Source: Perkinsus chesapeaki ATCC PRA-425 (taxonomy: Eukaryota > Protista > Perkinsozoa). From it: a DNA stretch of 64,000 nt. Both the position numbers and the translations under genes were made by a program. The notes beneath the pieces were generated by a model, which searched no databases, had not been told where the DNA came from, and saw only the letters and a program-made list of their open reading frames with translations. This document shows positions 61,440-64,000 of the stretch, one piece after another; within the stretch, counting starts at the first letter, position 1; every line of letters begins with the position of its first letter. The stretch is taken from assembly GCA_013115145.1 (NCBI GenBank), contig JAAPAO010000098.1:14519-78518 (forward strand), written 5' to 3'.

Positions 61440-63290
61440 TTATTCATCATCATTGAGCCGTCTAAGTCGTCTTCGGTTCTGCGATTGAAGGCGTTTAGAA
61501 AACGACTTTAAATTGTTCCTTGCCTGTACGGGAGCGTTTCTAATGTCATAAGAGGCCCTTAGAAGCTCCATCGGTAATATGAATTCCGACCCTTCCAAGA
61601 ACTCCAATACTTCCAGTAGATCCTTCACCTGTTGATCAAGAGGCGCCAACGATTGCTCTTCAATAGTCTCGACCATCGTCAGGGCCCCCTCGACCTCCTC
61701 TTCGCTCGGCGTGCTGTTGAGCTTCTCGCGGAGCGACCCGAAGGCATACTCGATACCTCTTGCTTTGGTTTCGGCGTCATTCTTAAGGTCAATGAGGACG
61801 CCTTGTTTGGTTTGCTCGACTATACTTATCAGCTTTTCCGTTAAATTGCCGGTATCGACTATGAACAGCGTAGACTGAACGCCACCAGGGCAGACTCTAT
61901 TAATCGCATCTTTGGTCTCCCCTGACCATTCTACAGCTCGGAGGGCCGCGCTGAGATCATCCTGAGAGTTACTCAGTTCCGCGGCAACTTCGCGAATAGT
62001 TTCAAAGGGCTGGTAATCGGCCAAAAGCTTCAAGGCAGGCCGGAGGTCGTTCAGCAAGGCGGACCGCAGACGGGCTTTGAGTATCGTGATCAACTCCGAG
62101 TCGACGGTTCCGAGGGGTTTCGAGGGAATTTGACAATGCGTGAAGAGCTCCGGTTCCAACGTAGGCAACTCGGTAGCGGCAAAATAGACGTTTTCGAGGA
62201 CCTCCTCAAATACCTCTTGAATCTCTTCTACACTTGGTGAAAGAACAACTTGTCCGGTTTCTGACAAGTCGAGCTCGATCTTGATCAACGGAAAGGAACT
62301 CGGGTTCTCGATGAGCTCCACCCAAGCGGTTACACACTTCTCCATCCACTGTGAAACAACATCGCCGATTATATTGTCGATTACAGCACAGATCCTATGC
62401 TGCGGGGACTTTAAGTGGCTGGCGGTATCGTCGCGTAGAAAGTTAAGTCCACCTGCTAGCTTGTCCACAATAACACGTACCGCACATTCTCGCCAGTGCC
62501 GCTGCACAATAACTGTCACCTCTTCCGCATGGACCTTCGAACGTGCTGCGAATTCTGGGAGGGTTAAAGGGAGTAAGGGGACAGCGTGACCTGATCTGCG
62601 CCGCAAGAGCTTCTCGTTAGCCAATCGGTCGTCCCAGCCTTTGGACGCAGCACCGAGGCGGGATCGGCCGCTGAATAGAAATGGCTTTGGGTCCTCCTCC
62701 GGACGAGATCGACCCCAATCGGTATCAAGTATCTTGAGGCCAGCTACCTCCTCGAATTTCCCGCGACAAAGAACTACTGTGTCCAAAAACTCCATTGAGA
62801 AGCGGCTCCTCCGAGACATTTTCTTACACTGGCTGGATACGGATACGCTCGGATGGGTGCATGCTAAGCTTGGAAGAATCTTTGGCGCACGGACTCCCAT
62901 GGAGTGCTTGGTGAGTGTCATCTTGTAGTCTGTCTCGACTTCTTCGAAAAGTTGATTGAGCATTTCCTCACATAGGCTTTGGAGCACACTTTTGTCTTCC
63001 TGTTTCCTTACTAGTTTCTTCAACGACCGAATGCATATGTCACCAAGTCGTTTCTTAGCCTGTAAGGGCATGGAGATGCCGAACTCATGACAGTATTTTC
63101 GCAGACGACATCCAGCTTCGAGCTTGAACATGGCTGCATCGCGGGACCTTCTAGCCGATTCGAGACGTGCTGTGAATTTTGCAGCGTCTTCGCATCGAAA
63201 CCGCAGATGAAGTCTTTTCACACGCTTGCACATAAACGATTCACTCGGTACACATACGAGAAATCTCTTGTCCAGGTATAATCTAAGTAT
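61440..63290 (-). pseudogene. axonemal dynein heavy chain N-terminal fragment, intronless, truncated
   Basis: RLHLRFRCEDAAKFTARLESARRSR, VQRHWRE, PLIKIELDL...VVLSPSVEEIQE resemble inner-arm DHC N-terminus; no linker/motor sequence recognisable before RPL7. Confidence 0.65.
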
Positions 63291-63433
63291 CAACACAATA
63301 CTTAAGATAAAGGAGATAGGATCTCGATTATACATCGAATACATCAAACATCATGACTTTAGCCTAGCTTTAGCTATAACACAGAATCATCTTTGTCGGG
63401 GCGCGCGCCAACATTGTGCGCTCCACGACAACA
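63270..63433 (-). mobile_element. putative 3' LTR (starts TGTTG; distal end uncertain)
   Basis: Directly follows the polypurine tract downstream of the integrase stop. Confidence 0.45.
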
Positions 63434-63446
63434 TCTCCCTCCCTTT
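63434..63446 (-). promoter_or_regulatory. polypurine tract (PPT)
   Basis: AAAGGGAGGGAGA immediately before TG. Confidence 0.7.
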
Positions 63447-63486
63447 AAAGAGAAAAAACCACACTTAATCGATAGAACACTCTGCA

Positions 63487-64000
63487 TCAACTTGGAACAT
63501 CACTAACAACATCATCATCGTCAGCTACACTATCATCATCAGTACCAAGATCTTCACAATGTTGTAAAACCTTCAAATCCTTAGAGTGCACAATGTTACC
63601 ATTTGTTAATCTAATACGATTAGGACCCAAAATCTCTTTAACTGTAACAGGCTCAAATCGAGGAGCAAGTTTAGGAGCATGGTCATTACATTTCAGGTAT
63701 ACTAGTTGTCCTGGACGGATCTCACGAGGTTGAACGTTAATAGCAGCAACAGAACGTTCCATACACTTTTGACGATAATCATTCCATATCTTCACCACAT
63801 TTGCAGGTAAACCACGTGAAACACCAGTAAGTAAATCAGTTGCTGGGAATTGTAATAACACATCCACAGCCGATAGACCAGAAGCCTTTGAAATTGGAGC
63901 ATTATTAAGTTCACCAGTAATTTTATCCAGCATATCTTGCCATTCACGATCAGTAGAAGGCTTAACACCCTGTAAATGTAAACGACGTAGTTTAGTATTA
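63487..64000 (-). mobile_element. LTR retrotransposon (Ty3/Gypsy-like) integrase C-terminus, open to window edge
   Basis: KLRRL...EWQDMLDKITGELNNAP, then GQLVYLK...KLAPRFEPVTVKEILGPNRIRL...IVHSKDLK (GPY/F/SH3-like); AT-richer than flanking genes. Confidence 0.8.

Noticed and set aside
1-64000. Spliced-leader RNA gene or relic SL (…GCCATYTTGGCTCAAG)
   Set aside because: No convincing match seen by eye; the partial GGCTCAAG near 7625 is an exon start.

Overview
Eukaryotic, intron-dense (mostly 35-80 nt GT/GC-AG introns) scaffold segment with two N gaps; gene families and architecture suggest a perkinsid alveolate (Perkinsus-like; inference). Genes assembled by hand across introns: pepsin-like aspartyl protease (one in-frame TGA), SpoU/TrmH methyltransferase, presequence-bearing ArsA/GET3 ATPase, RINT1/TIP20, RPE, kinase-like protein, U-box protein, SLY1, three small secreted Cys-rich peptides, a coiled-coil protein, a very large Chorein-N (VPS13-like) gene, RPL7, an orphan dynein heavy-chain fragment and the 3' end of an LTR retrotransposon. 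Main unexplained signal: at least 12 short predicted spliceosomal introns in 5 unrelated genes consist of tRNA-derived sequence (B box/T arm, often acceptor 3' strand plus oligo-T; two are nearly whole tRNA bodies), in both orientations. A second intronic element, the exact 12-mer GCGGAGCGAAGC, occurs 8 times. A duplicated H/ACA snoRNA with two predictable LSU rRNA targets lies in and after RPL7. All exon boundaries are manual predictions without transcript data.
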